From: Candidatus Poribacteria bacterium
Lineage (GTDB): Bacteria; Poribacteria; WGA-4E; WGA-3G
NCBI GenBank assembly: GCA_022822085.1
Contig: JAJECK010000096.1
Coordinates: 21,934-85,933 of the forward strand
DNA: 64,000 nucleotides
Direction: 5' to 3'
Position numbers and translations under genes: made by a program. The notes beneath the pieces were generated by a model. It saw only the letters and a list, made by a program, of their open reading frames with translations. It had not been told where the DNA came from and did not search any database. Below are positions 1-10,091 of the stretch, in pieces (positions within the stretch are counted from its first letter, which is position 1; every line of letters begins with the position of its first letter).

Positions 1-39
1 TCATATTTTATGCAGTTGTCAAGTATTTTTTTGACACAG

Positions 40-355
40 GTGTGTAAAGTTTTTGGCATGTGTTGTCAGAATCGCGGAGGACACCAAACTCGTATGCGTT
101 TTGTAACATAAACTTCAGTTTGTGCTATCCCCTAATGCGCAATCTGGAAGCGGACGGTACAAAGACGCAATCTGGAAGCGGACGGTACAAAGATGGACTA
201 TCGTCCAGACGCAAAACGACTTGGCATCTCCAGGCATATAATCCGCGCAATCGGTAAAATCGGGGGAATGCCTAAAGCAGCATGCGCCATGATGCGGACC
301 TTTGATTTGGCAATAATCAGTGTTCAGACAGATAAGTGACAAAAGCTGGACACAC
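40..355. mobile_element. MITE-like repeat (family C, copy 1) with an internal 28-bp tandem duplication
   Basis: Imperfect terminal inverted repeats GTGTGTAAAGTTTTTG / CAAAAGCTGGACACAC; CGCAATCTGGAAGCGGACGGTACAAAGA twice at 138-193; inverted homologue at 47561-47792. Confidence 0.7.
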
Positions 356-506
356 TCATCTGGTATAATCTAATTTTATTTCGGTAATTGAATGCCTCTG
401 TGATTTTTAATAAATGTCTTGATTTTTCCTGCTTATATGATATAATAATGAAAAACATATTGTATGCTCACTATAAAATATCAGGATAATTACAAGGAAA
501 CATTGA

Positions 507-1655
507 ATGACTTATGTTGATGGAATATTGTCGTCGTTGACGCGTGTGAAAGATGCAAAGACGCTGCGCGCATCCTCGTGGGATACCACAGGACGAAACA
601 ACGACGCATGGGATATTGCCCCCGGTGAAACCCGTGTCCTTGCCGATATTGAAGGTCCGGGATGTATCAATCATATCTGGATGACGCAGCCAAACGGGTA
701 TCGGAACGTGCTGATTCGGATGTTCTGGGACGATGAAGAGCATCCGAGTGTGTTATGTCCGTTGGGCGATTTTTTTGGTCTTGGAAACGAAATTGTGAAC
801 TCTTACGATTCCATTCCATTTTCTGCATCTACGCACAGCAATAATCAGTTTAATTCAGGGTGTGCGCTCAACTGCTACCTACAAATGCCGTTTAACAAAT
901 CGGCAAGGATTGAACTTGTCAACGAAGGTGATACACCCCACCGACAATACTTCTATGTTGACTACGAACTTTATCCCACACCATTCGGAGAGGATACCGC
1001 CTATTTTCATGCGCAATTCCATCGTGAAAACCCGTGTGATGGGTGGGGACATGAAATTATGGTCAATACAGCAGAAGCAAATATCATCAATGCGGAACGT
1101 CTCGCGTGGGATAACAATTATCTTATTCTATCTGCAGAAGGAAGAGGACAGTATATCGGTTGTAACCTTTCTGTGAGCAACTTCCAAGGCACATGGTGGG
1201 GTGAAGGTGATGATATGATTTGGATTGATGGCTACAAGTGGCCTCCCGATTTGCACGGGACTGGGTCAGAGGATTATCTCAATCAAGCGTGGGGCATGCA
1301 ACAGAACGCATTTGCACATAACGGCTCATCTATTCACGAAAACAACACCAACGGTTATCAGACATCTTATGTATTTCATCTGGAAAATCCTATCCGTTTT
1401 GAGAAGGAGCTTCGGGTGACAATTGAACACGGACACGGTAACCATCTTAGCAACGAGACATCCTCTGTTGCGTATTGGTATCAGATAGAACCGCATAAAC
1501 CGTTTGGGGTGCTCCCCGTTGCACAACGTAAACCGGTGCTAAAAGATGAAGATGGGAATTGGATTATAGACAAATCCAGTCAAACACCATCATCCGACCT
1601 TGTTCTTAATGATGAAATGAAACAGAAAAAACAGCAGTGGCAAGAGAAACAGTAA
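507..1655 (+). CDS. DUF2961 / glycoside hydrolase family 172-like protein
   Basis: 382 aa; family motifs GPGCINHIWMT, WWGEGDDMIWIDG, HGTGSEDY, IEHGHGN, SSVAYWYQ. Confidence 0.85.
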   Translation: MTYVDGILSSLTRVKDAKTLRASSWDTTGRNNDAWDIAPGETRVLADIEGPGCINHIWMTQPNGYRNVLIRMFWDDEEHPSVLCPLGDFFGLGNEIVNSYDSIPFSASTHSNNQFNSGCALNCYLQMPFNKSARIELVNEGDTPHRQYFYVDYELYPTPFGEDTAYFHAQFHRENPCDGWGHEIMVNTAEANIINAERLAWDNNYLILSAEGRGQYIGCNLSVSNFQGTWWGEGDDMIWIDGYKWPPDLHGTGSEDYLNQAWGMQQNAFAHNGSSIHENNTNGYQTSYVFHLENPIRFEKELRVTIEHGHGNHLSNETSSVAYWYQIEPHKPFGVLPVAQRKPVLKDEDGNWIIDKSSQTPSSDLVLNDEMKQKKQQWQEKQ

Positions 1656-1694
1656 TACTTATTCTTGCTGAAAATTGACCGGAGGAGATAAAAT

Positions 1695-4600
1695 ATGATA
1701 ACGTTTTTCCATCATCTTTTTATTGGAAAAATGGAAGAAGAAACACAAAATGATGAGGAGGTCCTTGATCAAGAACAACCAGAGTCTGAACACCAAAATG
1801 ACACTCCCGATTCCGATTCTACAGAACCTATTGAAGAGGAACCTGCTCATGACACCGTAAACGAAACTGAAACACCTGACTCTGGAGAAGATACTCAACC
1901 TGAAAAACCACAAGAGGATGTAGATACATCCGAAACCGATGAAATATCGGATAAACAGGAAATTCCTGAAGTTGCTGCGGAATCTGAAACCCAAGACAAT
2001 GCAGATACTGAACAAACTGACGCGAAAGATGATGTACAAGTTCAAGATGTACTGTCTATTGTGGTCCCTTCAGATGATAATGGGACTATTGAGGTGGATA
2101 TACCAAATGAATCTCAGGAAACGGAGGAGGAACAAGAGCCTCCTGCCGTTGAAGAGGTGGACGACACTGAAGGCACACCTGAGCCTGACGAAACACCAGA
2201 AAACGGAGAAGCACAAGAAGCACAAGACTCACCTGAAGTTGAAGAAACACCTACCCCAACTGTGCTTTTTCGTCCATACTCTCTCGGTGAAAGTGATCAA
2301 CTATATGATTTCGTTGAAATGTTTGACGAGAGCGAGTCCTCTGGTGCTGAGCATATATCTGCAAGTAAGTCGGATATTTCTGGCGGTGTTTCAAAGCCTG
2401 CACTCTTTGAACATCCTTCTCCAACCGAACCATCACGAATAGCTTACAAACTTGATCTTCCTAAAGTCAAAGAAAAGGAAACACTATTCCTTCATTTCTT
2501 TACCGGGCTCAGGGACGGTGTGGTATTTGACGATGCCGAAAGACAACCGGGTGGGGTGAAATATTGTATAGAAATATCTGGAGAACAGTGTTTTGAAGCC
2601 GTTTCAACGGAATGTCGTTGGGTACAAAACGGTGTGGATTTATCTCGGTTTGCTGGAGAAACAGTGGAACTCGTTTTTATAACACACTGTAACGTTGAAG
2701 GAAATAGTAACTATGCATGGGGGTTATGGGGAGAACCACAACTTTTAAAACTCATCCGGACGCATGATGTATCAAATGAAGAACAAAAAGGATTGCCGCA
2801 TGAAATACAGAGTGGTATAGCAATAGGAAAGTATCCTGAAAATCACCTTGCAATACTTGGGTTTAATCGTGATGATTTCGTGCAATCCAAAGAAATCGCT
2901 ACTGAAATATACGATCAATTGGAAGATGAACCAATTGAGTTGACGTTATATGCCCCACAACCTAAAATAGAAATTGTGAGCGTAGGTGCAACTGCAGCGG
3001 TCGTGGCTACTGGAGAAGCTTACGAAATTCAATGTACAATCAGAAACGTTGGCGCGGGCCCACTGCCAAAAGGGAGTAAAACACGCCTCAGCATCAGCGA
3101 AGTGAAACTGCGTCGGGGACGATCCGCACATAACGTGAAAACACTTGCTGCTGGAGAGACATCAACTTATGTATGGTATGCGCGAGGAGTTTCACGTCCA
3201 TCCACGATTAATTTTGCTGTCACACTTAAGACACGCCATATCAAAGGTGAAGGACAGATAAAAGGCTCCGTAAAAATTCGTCCGGCTTTGCCGAAACTTG
3301 AAACACAAGTTGTTCCTGAACTCCACACCTTCAATCATGAACAGCATCAGGTATTAGGCAATCAACATCTGCGCGTTGTTTTAGTTCATAATGGCTCACC
3401 CAAACAAAAAAACACACGAAAGACAAGGGGAAGTTCAAATACCCCAGAGAAAACAACGCAAGGATATGAGTATTATGCGATTTTCGTTGCAAAAGGAAGT
3501 ACATATCAACAAGTTGCAACGTCAAAAGGGATTGCTGAGGTATCCTACCTTTCAAAAGATACTGTCCATCACATAAACTTTGTCCCAAACGATGTTCAGT
3601 TGGCAGGAAACAGTCTTGGTGAATCCATACTCTACCTAACTGGAGAACATAAGGATGTGGATGATGTTAATTGGAAACTTCAGTTAGAGTTTAACCTTTC
3701 CGAAGATACAAAGCGAGTCAAGACTACATATCGGTTAACTGTCGATAAAGAACGTGAACTTCTTGCTTTCCGAGGCACAGAAATTTATGCAGGTCACAAG
3801 AGTTCCCGTGAAAAGAAAACCGCCGCTCTCTTCCCTGGTTTGGAATACCTTGAAGGCGACGAACCTTCATCAAATACGCGAGACGCTGCTCCGCCCCTGA
3901 ACAATAGACTTGTCCCGCATCCATATAAAATAACCATACCTGTTATGGCAGTTGAAATACAGAAATCCGTTGTAGGTATCGCTTGGAATCAGTTGCAAAA
4001 TTGGGATGATGAAGCACAGCATGTATCTGCAGTTTTTGCTTCACCCAATTGGCATCATCAAGAAAGAAATCATCTCATGGGACTTTTTCTTCCAACGATA
4101 CCAGATTGGGTTGATGAGAATACTCTAATCGCCAAAACAGCTTATCAACTTACCGCTGAACGTGAAATTACATTAAACTGTGAGATTATCGCTGACGGTA
4201 ATGCAACTATTTTAGAGGCAATTTCACACTGGAATGATGCTTATGGCGCACCGAAACCGTTGGATCCACCGCGTAATGACGAAGAAGAATTATTGCTTTC
4301 ACGACACGGGTTTTTGCACACAGTCTGGGATGTAGAAAATAGGCAATCCAGACATTGTGTTGATTGGGCTTCACAAAATGAACCTGGTTTTGCTACTTTA
4401 CTATGGTATGATTACCTTGTCACGAAATCTGAGGATGTTAAGCAACGGGTTACTGAGATAGCAGAAAAGACGATTGCTGATGTTGACGCGGGTGGGTTAG
4501 CTGCACGCGGTTCGTGCCATATATTAAGCGGTGAATTTCCGTTCTATTATGGGCACTTGGATGCTGCAATCGGTTATTATGAAGCAGAGGTGCAACCGAT

Positions 4601-5654
4601 AATTGAGTCTCAATCTGAAAACGGCAGTTGGGGTTTTCAACCGTCCTCTGAGAAAACACAGAGTCTTGGAAAAACGGGGGATGTTGTACTTGGCACGTGT
4701 GCGGCAAATGCTCTCAAACTGTTAAAGCATGCACGTATCACTGGTAACAAAGTCTCTCTTGAAGCTGGCAAAAAAGCACTGTCTTATATGGATCGTTTTT
4801 CGGTGCCTCGTGGTGCGCAAACGTGGGAATGTCCACTATATGAGCCAGATATTCTTGCTGCAGCCCATGCCATCGGTGCTTATGTGGAAGCGTATGAAAT
4901 CATGGGCAATAAGACATATTTGAAACGCGCAGAATATTGGGCAGAAACAGGCTTGCCATTTCTATATCACTGGTACCTTCCTGACAGACCTGGTATGCAA
5001 TTCGCATCCATTCCTGTATTTGGAACTACTTTCTATACACATTCATGGTTGGGTGTACCTGTCCAATGGAACGGTTTGGTGTATGCATACTATTTGCAAC
5101 GTCTTAATCAACACGCACATGCAGATAAGTGGCGACAGATTGCCGAAGGTATCACTGTGAGTGCTATGTACCAGCAGTGGGAAGAGGGAGAACTTAAGGG
5201 TACTTATCCTGATGGATTCTACGGGTTCTGCACAGAAGGTAAAGGCCCGCATCTCAATCCAGAGGACATTATGGTTAATGTCTATACGCTCAGTGGACTT
5301 GACCCAGGGGTAAAAACGGCAATTGCCGGTTCAATTCATTTGAGTTCTGGTGCTACCCCAGAAAACTTCAATGAATCTCGTTCAGGAGAGTTGAATTGGA
5401 CCCTCAATTATGCAGAAAACGAAGTAAGTTGGACACTGATTACGGGATATGAACAACATCCATCACAAATACGCACACAATGTGCGGAGAGTCGGGAGGA
5501 TAAAGATGAATCTGCTTTTGACATACCTCAGGTAGAATCACTTGAAGAGGTCACTTCCGGATGGCGTTATATCCCCGAAAAGGATGCAATCCTAATTAAA
5601 CAGAAACATATCACTTCGGAAATGCAGTTTCAACTTCTAAAACAAGTTGAATAA
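1695..5654 (+). CDS. Large multidomain hypothetical protein: acidic low-complexity N-terminus, beta-rich/CARDB-like middle, probable alpha/alpha-barrel C-terminus
   Basis: 1319 aa ORF with GGAGG RBS; about 180 aa very E/D/T/P-rich; CTIRNVG...LAAGET Ig-like motif; helical repeats with NGSW and YLKRAEYWA. Confidence 0.7.
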   Translation: MITFFHHLFIGKMEEETQNDEEVLDQEQPESEHQNDTPDSDSTEPIEEEPAHDTVNETETPDSGEDTQPEKPQEDVDTSETDEISDKQEIPEVAAESETQDNADTEQTDAKDDVQVQDVLSIVVPSDDNGTIEVDIPNESQETEEEQEPPAVEEVDDTEGTPEPDETPENGEAQEAQDSPEVEETPTPTVLFRPYSLGESDQLYDFVEMFDESESSGAEHISASKSDISGGVSKPALFEHPSPTEPSRIAYKLDLPKVKEKETLFLHFFTGLRDGVVFDDAERQPGGVKYCIEISGEQCFEAVSTECRWVQNGVDLSRFAGETVELVFITHCNVEGNSNYAWGLWGEPQLLKLIRTHDVSNEEQKGLPHEIQSGIAIGKYPENHLAILGFNRDDFVQSKEIATEIYDQLEDEPIELTLYAPQPKIEIVSVGATAAVVATGEAYEIQCTIRNVGAGPLPKGSKTRLSISEVKLRRGRSAHNVKTLAAGETSTYVWYARGVSRPSTINFAVTLKTRHIKGEGQIKGSVKIRPALPKLETQVVPELHTFNHEQHQVLGNQHLRVVLVHNGSPKQKNTRKTRGSSNTPEKTTQGYEYYAIFVAKGSTYQQVATSKGIAEVSYLSKDTVHHINFVPNDVQLAGNSLGESILYLTGEHKDVDDVNWKLQLEFNLSEDTKRVKTTYRLTVDKERELLAFRGTEIYAGHKSSREKKTAALFPGLEYLEGDEPSSNTRDAAPPLNNRLVPHPYKITIPVMAVEIQKSVVGIAWNQLQNWDDEAQHVSAVFASPNWHHQERNHLMGLFLPTIPDWVDENTLIAKTAYQLTAEREITLNCEIIADGNATILEAISHWNDAYGAPKPLDPPRNDEEELLLSRHGFLHTVWDVENRQSRHCVDWASQNEPGFATLLWYDYLVTKSEDVKQRVTEIAEKTIADVDAGGLAARGSCHILSGEFPFYYGHLDAAIGYYEAEVQPIIESQSENGSWGFQPSSEKTQSLGKTGDVVLGTCAANALKLLKHARITGNKVSLEAGKKALSYMDRFSVPRGAQTWECPLYEPDILAAAHAIGAYVEAYEIMGNKTYLKRAEYWAETGLPFLYHWYLPDRPGMQFASIPVFGTTFYTHSWLGVPVQWNGLVYAYYLQRLNQHAHADKWRQIAEGITVSAMYQQWEEGELKGTYPDGFYGFCTEGKGPHLNPEDIMVNVYTLSGLDPGVKTAIAGSIHLSSGATPENFNESRSGELNWTLNYAENEVSWTLITGYEQHPSQIRTQCAESREDKDESAFDIPQVESLEEVTSGWRYIPEKDAILIKQKHITSEMQFQLLKQVE

Positions 5655-5774
5655 ATTACCTTAATACTGTATAGTATCAATTGTTGTAGGAAATTTGAAT
5701 CAATAAAGTAATAACACCCGAAACCCTTAACTATACTTTTAATAGTATACATTTAGGTCTTAATAGGAGAAATC

Positions 5775-6113
5775 ATGTTAGCGAAAAGAATTGTATCAAT
5801 AACACTCTGTTTGGTTATGGTCTCACTCTGTGTTTTTGCAGTATTTGTTACGACTGCTAACGCACAAGATGGAGATACCCCATCAGAGGACTCACTGTTT
5901 CCTTGGAAAGTTATTGCAAGAGATATTATATTAGTAGCAGTCTTTAGCATTGTCGGCTTAATCATATTAATGGTGGGTTACAAAGTCTTTGATTTAGCCA
6001 CGCCGTATGATCTCAACCGACAAATTGCAGAAGAGAACAACGTTGCTGCGGGTATAGCAGTTGCCGGTGTCCTTGTATCGCTTGGTATAATTGTTGCAGC
6101 TGCAATGGGATAA
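5775..6113 (+). CDS. DUF350 family small membrane protein
   Basis: Motif FDLATPYDLNRQIAEENNVAAGIAVAG; hydrophobic helices; AGGAG RBS. Confidence 0.8.
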   Translation: MLAKRIVSITLCLVMVSLCVFAVFVTTANAQDGDTPSEDSLFPWKVIARDIILVAVFSIVGLIILMVGYKVFDLATPYDLNRQIAEENNVAAGIAVAGVLVSLGIIVAAAMG

Positions 6114-6137
6114 GTTCATAGTTTATTTTATTTAATT

Positions 6138-6162
6138 GGGCAGGGGAGACTCTGCCCTTTTT
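6138..6162 (+). terminator. Probable intrinsic terminator
   Basis: GGGCAG-gggagact-CTGCCC hairpin followed by a T-tract, just after the DUF350 gene. Confidence 0.5.
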
Positions 6163-6182
6163 CAGAATTCAATGAGGTTATC

Positions 6183-6992
6183 ATGGCTGAAACGAGTTAT
6201 TTGTCAGAACAAAATATCAGTCAAGAACAGATACAGGAATGGGTAGAGACCTTCCACCGTGACGGATGTCTTTTTCTTCAGAATGTGTTGACTCCTGACC
6301 ACTGTGCAGAACTCAGAGAGGATTTGGAATGGGCACTCAAAAACAATCCTAACAATCTAAATGGTGGAACCCCTTCATCTACTATGCATCTGAGTCATCG
6401 CATGTTTGAGCATAGTAATTCAAACCTTAGATTATTTGACCTGGAACCAATTGTCTCGTTTGCGGAAGCACTTATTCCAGGGGAATGTCACATAATTCAC
6501 AACAACTCCTTCCAAACACGTCCTGGTGGCGGTATTACGTCATGGCATCAAGATGATTCTCCACATTATCTCGTCACGGAGGGAGAACCCCCAAAGAATG
6601 TAAAACTCCCGGTCCTACTTTTTACTGCAAACTACTACCTTACTGATGTCACTGAGATTGAACATGGCGGGACAGAGGTAATCCCCGGTTCACATCTTTT
6701 CGGTGCATCCCCTCCGAATCCGATTGAAGGCACTGAATGGGAAGATAAAGTGCAATATAATCTCGGTAAAGCTGGAAGCGTCATAATGTTTAACAATCAG
6801 GTATGGCATCGTGGTGGTCCGAATCAGAGCCAACGCACACGCTATATTACACAGATAACTTATGCGCGCCGATTGATCGGTCATAAATTCTATCCGTTCA
6901 TGAATTATAATATGCCTGAATCTGTCTATCAGGATGCAAGTCCACGTCTCCGCCGATTGCTTGGATTTCTCGGTCACGGTGCTTACGGTTAA
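6183..6992 (+). CDS. Phytanoyl-CoA dioxygenase (PhyH) family Fe(II)/2OG dioxygenase
   Basis: WHQD (HxD) motif, GGTEVIPGSH, distal WHRGGPN His. Confidence 0.9.
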   Translation: MAETSYLSEQNISQEQIQEWVETFHRDGCLFLQNVLTPDHCAELREDLEWALKNNPNNLNGGTPSSTMHLSHRMFEHSNSNLRLFDLEPIVSFAEALIPGECHIIHNNSFQTRPGGGITSWHQDDSPHYLVTEGEPPKNVKLPVLLFTANYYLTDVTEIEHGGTEVIPGSHLFGASPPNPIEGTEWEDKVQYNLGKAGSVIMFNNQVWHRGGPNQSQRTRYITQITYARRLIGHKFYPFMNYNMPESVYQDASPRLRRLLGFLGHGAYG

Positions 6993-7150
6993 ACACGCTT
7001 GTCTTGTATTTGCATTTCATAGGCAAAACATTTTGTCAATATAGTAGAAGAGTGTTATAATATTCAGGGAGAACTCCGTTAGGTTCTGCTTGTTTCATTA
7101 TATCAAAAAGGTGTCCTCAGTAATATCTCACAATGGAAAGGAGAGACAAA

Positions 7151-8146
7151 ATGAAATCAATCGCTGTATTCAATAACAAAGGAGGTGTCGGTAAAACGAC
7201 CTTGACTTATCATCTTGGGTACGCGCTTGCTGAGTTGGGCTATAGAACGCTTCTTATCGATTTAGACCCACAATCAAATCTGACACTATTTGGTTTGGAA
7301 CCAGAAAACCTACACAACATCTGGCAAGTCGAGGAGGCATTTATAGATGACTTTGTTCAAGCACGTGATGAAAAACCTATTAGTGAGTTTGAGGATATCG
7401 CACGGGATGTGCGTTCCATCCATTTTCTTTTAAAACCTACTGAGGATGGAACAGATATACCAAAAACTCTTGCTAAACCCCTTGATCTACACGATAACTT
7501 GGGAATGATTCCAGGTAGACTTTCAATACATACTTATGAGGACAAAATTGCGAGTAGATGGAACGATGTTTACGGTGGTGACCCACTTGCAATTCGGACT
7601 GTAACACAAATCCGAAATTTTTGTGAAGTGTATGCCAAATATTATTCCTATGATTATATTCTAATTGATACATCACCTAGTCTTGGAATACTTAATAAAG
7701 TCATCATATCTACTGTAGACGGTTTTCTGATTCCTTGTATGCCAGACATGTTTTCGCTTTATGGCATACAAAATATCGGTAAATCTCTTAAAAGTTGGAA
7801 GCGCGACTTTGATACGATTTTTAACTTATTATCTGATGCAAAGTTAAGCCATTTCCCTAAGAATTTCGTTGGTTTTTTAGGGTTTACAATTTTCAACGCC
7901 AAGAAATTCACCGGCAGGAGCGAATGGGATTTGTCCAGAGCACATCACAACTACGCCATGCAGATTCCTGCTACCATTAAAGAATATATTGACCCAGACC
8001 ACAGGAAACATCTAACTGACGAACAATTAGAAGATCCCGTAGGTGAGACTGCCATTATGCACTCCTATTCAACACTCCCGAATATGGCTCAAAAATACAG
8101 AACACCTATATGGAAAGTACCAAGTTGTGGAAACTTGGAGAAATAA
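7151..8146 (+). CDS. ParA/Soj-like ATPase; probably truncated by an internal TAA (frame stays open to 8257)
   Basis: Deviant Walker A NNKGGVGKTT, DLDPQSNLT, ILIDTSPSLG; 36 further sense codons after TAA 8144-8146 end in a TGA that overlaps the next ATG. Confidence 0.85.
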   Translation: MKSIAVFNNKGGVGKTTLTYHLGYALAELGYRTLLIDLDPQSNLTLFGLEPENLHNIWQVEEAFIDDFVQARDEKPISEFEDIARDVRSIHFLLKPTEDGTDIPKTLAKPLDLHDNLGMIPGRLSIHTYEDKIASRWNDVYGGDPLAIRTVTQIRNFCEVYAKYYSYDYILIDTSPSLGILNKVIISTVDGFLIPCMPDMFSLYGIQNIGKSLKSWKRDFDTIFNLLSDAKLSHFPKNFVGFLGFTIFNAKKFTGRSEWDLSRAHHNYAMQIPATIKEYIDPDHRKHLTDEQLEDPVGETAIMHSYSTLPNMAQKYRTPIWKVPSCGNLEK

Positions 8147-8256
8147 GACATAGGAACTATTTCGGGGAATAGAGGAGCATATGAAAAAACTCGAACAGGT
8201 TTCCAGATTTTCGCTAAAGACCTCTTGACGCGCCCGGAACAACTGGAGGTCAATTG

Positions 8257-8931
8257 ATGGTTGATGAAGCAAGTATAGAAGTTATTATAGAGCAAGTTCA
8301 AAGTAAACTCCATGATATAGATCTCTTTCGCGAGAACACAGCCAGATTCTTTGAAACACATCCAAACCTAACTCAATCGCCGCAAATCGTCCATTCGGTA
8401 AAAAGTCGAATAAAGAATTTGGAACACCTCCGTGAAAAAATACAACGTAAATCGTCAACTGAAGACCCAATCACACCAGAAAGTATCTTTGATCGGATAA
8501 CCGACATTGCCGGTGTTAGAGTACTTCATCTGTGTCAATCGCAATTCACACAGATTCATTCTGTAATAAAACAAAAATTGGATAGCCAAGATTGGGTACT
8601 TTATGAACAACCGAAAGCTTATACTTGGGACCCGGAATCACAAGATTTCTTTGCCTCTCATGATTTAAAGGTTGACGTGAAAGAGAGCTTATACACCAGC
8701 ATTCACTACGTCATTAAACCCAGAGAGGATTCGCCTGTTTCTTGCGAAATTCAGGTCAGAACCCTTTTTGAGGAGATTTGGGGCGAAATAGATCACCTGG
8801 TTAACTATCCTGAACCAACTGATAGTGTGTTTTGGAAAGAACAGATTGGTGTTTTAGCTCGGTTAGTTGGTGCTGGTAGTCGTCTTGCTGATTCAATCTG
8901 GCGCACCTATTCTGACTCAATGGGAAAATGA
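8257..8931 (+). CDS. RelA/SpoT-domain protein (small alarmone synthetase-like nucleotidyltransferase)
   Basis: Motifs KSRIK..L.EKI.RK, DIAGVRV, YTSIHY, EIQVRTLFEEIWGEIDH. Confidence 0.85.
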   Translation: MVDEASIEVIIEQVQSKLHDIDLFRENTARFFETHPNLTQSPQIVHSVKSRIKNLEHLREKIQRKSSTEDPITPESIFDRITDIAGVRVLHLCQSQFTQIHSVIKQKLDSQDWVLYEQPKAYTWDPESQDFFASHDLKVDVKESLYTSIHYVIKPREDSPVSCEIQVRTLFEEIWGEIDHLVNYPEPTDSVFWKEQIGVLARLVGAGSRLADSIWRTYSDSMGK

Positions 8932-9980
8932 TTGCAATGAAAGCAATTGCGTTTACCGAACAAGGTGAAATTGATGTCTTAAAATATCAAGATGTACCTG
9001 CACCTACCCTTATTCCTGATGAAATCCTTGTTAAAGTTAAAGCGTGTGCTGTCAACTACCTTGATATTCACGCGCGACGCGATCGACCTGAAATAAAGCA
9101 GAAACTCGAAAAAACAGGCACCCTCCACGTCCTCGGTTCTGACATTGCAGGCGAAATCGCTGAAATTTCTGGAGAACATCCCGAACTTGCTGTTGGTGAC
9201 CGTGTGCTACTTGCCCCGTGTATTCCGTGCGGTGTGTGTCCCGACTGTATCAACGGTTACGAAAATCTTTGTGACACGCAACAACTACTCGGATTCCAAA
9301 TAGACGGTGGTTATGCTGAATTCGTCAAGGCACCTGCAAAGAATGCGATTCGGATAGCAGAAGAATTATCTTTTGTTGATGCATCAGCATTACCAATCGC
9401 TTATCTCACAGCGTGGCACATGCTCATTACACGCGCGCAACTCCGCGCAGGTGAAGATGTCCTGATACTCGGTGCGGGAGGTAGTGTCGGGAGTGCGGGG
9501 TTACAAATCGCTAAACTTGTCGGGGCACGCATTTTTGCTACTGCAAGCACAGAGGAAAAATTAGTTCGCGCCAAACAGTTCGGTGCTGATGTTACTATTA
9601 ATTACTCACAAGTGGATTTCTCTGAAGCGATAATTGAAGAGACAGAGGGTCGTGGTGTTGATGTAGTTTTAGAACATGTCGGTGCTGCGACTTGGGATAA
9701 AAGTATCAGCAGTCTGGCAAAAAATGGCAGACTCGTTTCGTGTGGTGTCACTACGGGAAATATTGGGGAAATTAACATCCGCAAGATGTATCAAAAACAA
9801 CTCACCATCATGGGGTCTGCGTTAGGCACTCAGAAAGAACTTCGAACACTTGTTCACCTTGCAGAACAAAAAAAGTTAGTTCCCATCATTGATCGGACTC
9901 TGCCTTTAGAACAAGCAGCTGAGGCACATCAGTTACTGGAATCTCGTAAGAACTTTGGGAAAGTCTGTCTATTGCCTTAA
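8928..9980 (+). CDS. Zinc-binding alcohol dehydrogenase / quinone oxidoreductase family protein
   Basis: Structural Zn motif CGVCPDC...C, GAGGSVG nucleotide-binding motif, GroES-like N-terminus. Confidence 0.9.
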   Translation: MIAMKAIAFTEQGEIDVLKYQDVPAPTLIPDEILVKVKACAVNYLDIHARRDRPEIKQKLEKTGTLHVLGSDIAGEIAEISGEHPELAVGDRVLLAPCIPCGVCPDCINGYENLCDTQQLLGFQIDGGYAEFVKAPAKNAIRIAEELSFVDASALPIAYLTAWHMLITRAQLRAGEDVLILGAGGSVGSAGLQIAKLVGARIFATASTEEKLVRAKQFGADVTINYSQVDFSEAIIEETEGRGVDVVLEHVGAATWDKSISSLAKNGRLVSCGVTTGNIGEINIRKMYQKQLTIMGSALGTQKELRTLVHLAEQKKLVPIIDRTLPLEQAAEAHQLLESRKNFGKVCLLP

Positions 9981-10042
9981 AATTGGAAAGATTAACAGAT
10001 TATACCAAATTAACTGGATTTATCTTGTTTTATTGACATTAA

Positions 10043-10070
10043 GTGCGGTTAGGAAACCGCACCTACCGAG
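10043..10070. repeat. REP-like hairpin (GGTT-AGGA-AACC family) between convergent genes
   Basis: GTGCGGTT-AGGA-AACCGCAC-CTACCG; related copies near 26960, 44680, 18951 and 34010. Confidence 0.65.
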
Positions 10071-10091
10071 ACGAATCGCGTTAATTTGGTA

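Noticed and set aside
138-193. 28-bp direct repeat as a CRISPR array
   Set aside because: Only two abutting units, no spacers and no cas genes; part of a dispersed repeat.
60-342. Short ORFs 60-257 and 115-342 (and 47523-47851)
   Set aside because: They lie within the repeated element, differ in frame and length between copies, and show no protein motifs.
8144-8146. Programmed recoding in the ParA-like gene
   Set aside because: The codon is TAA, not TGA or TAG, and TAA is the normal stop throughout the window; a nonsense mutation or error is simpler.
7151-8146. Chromosome or plasmid partition locus
   Set aside because: No parB or parS-like palindrome nearby; the partner is a RelA/SpoT-domain gene.
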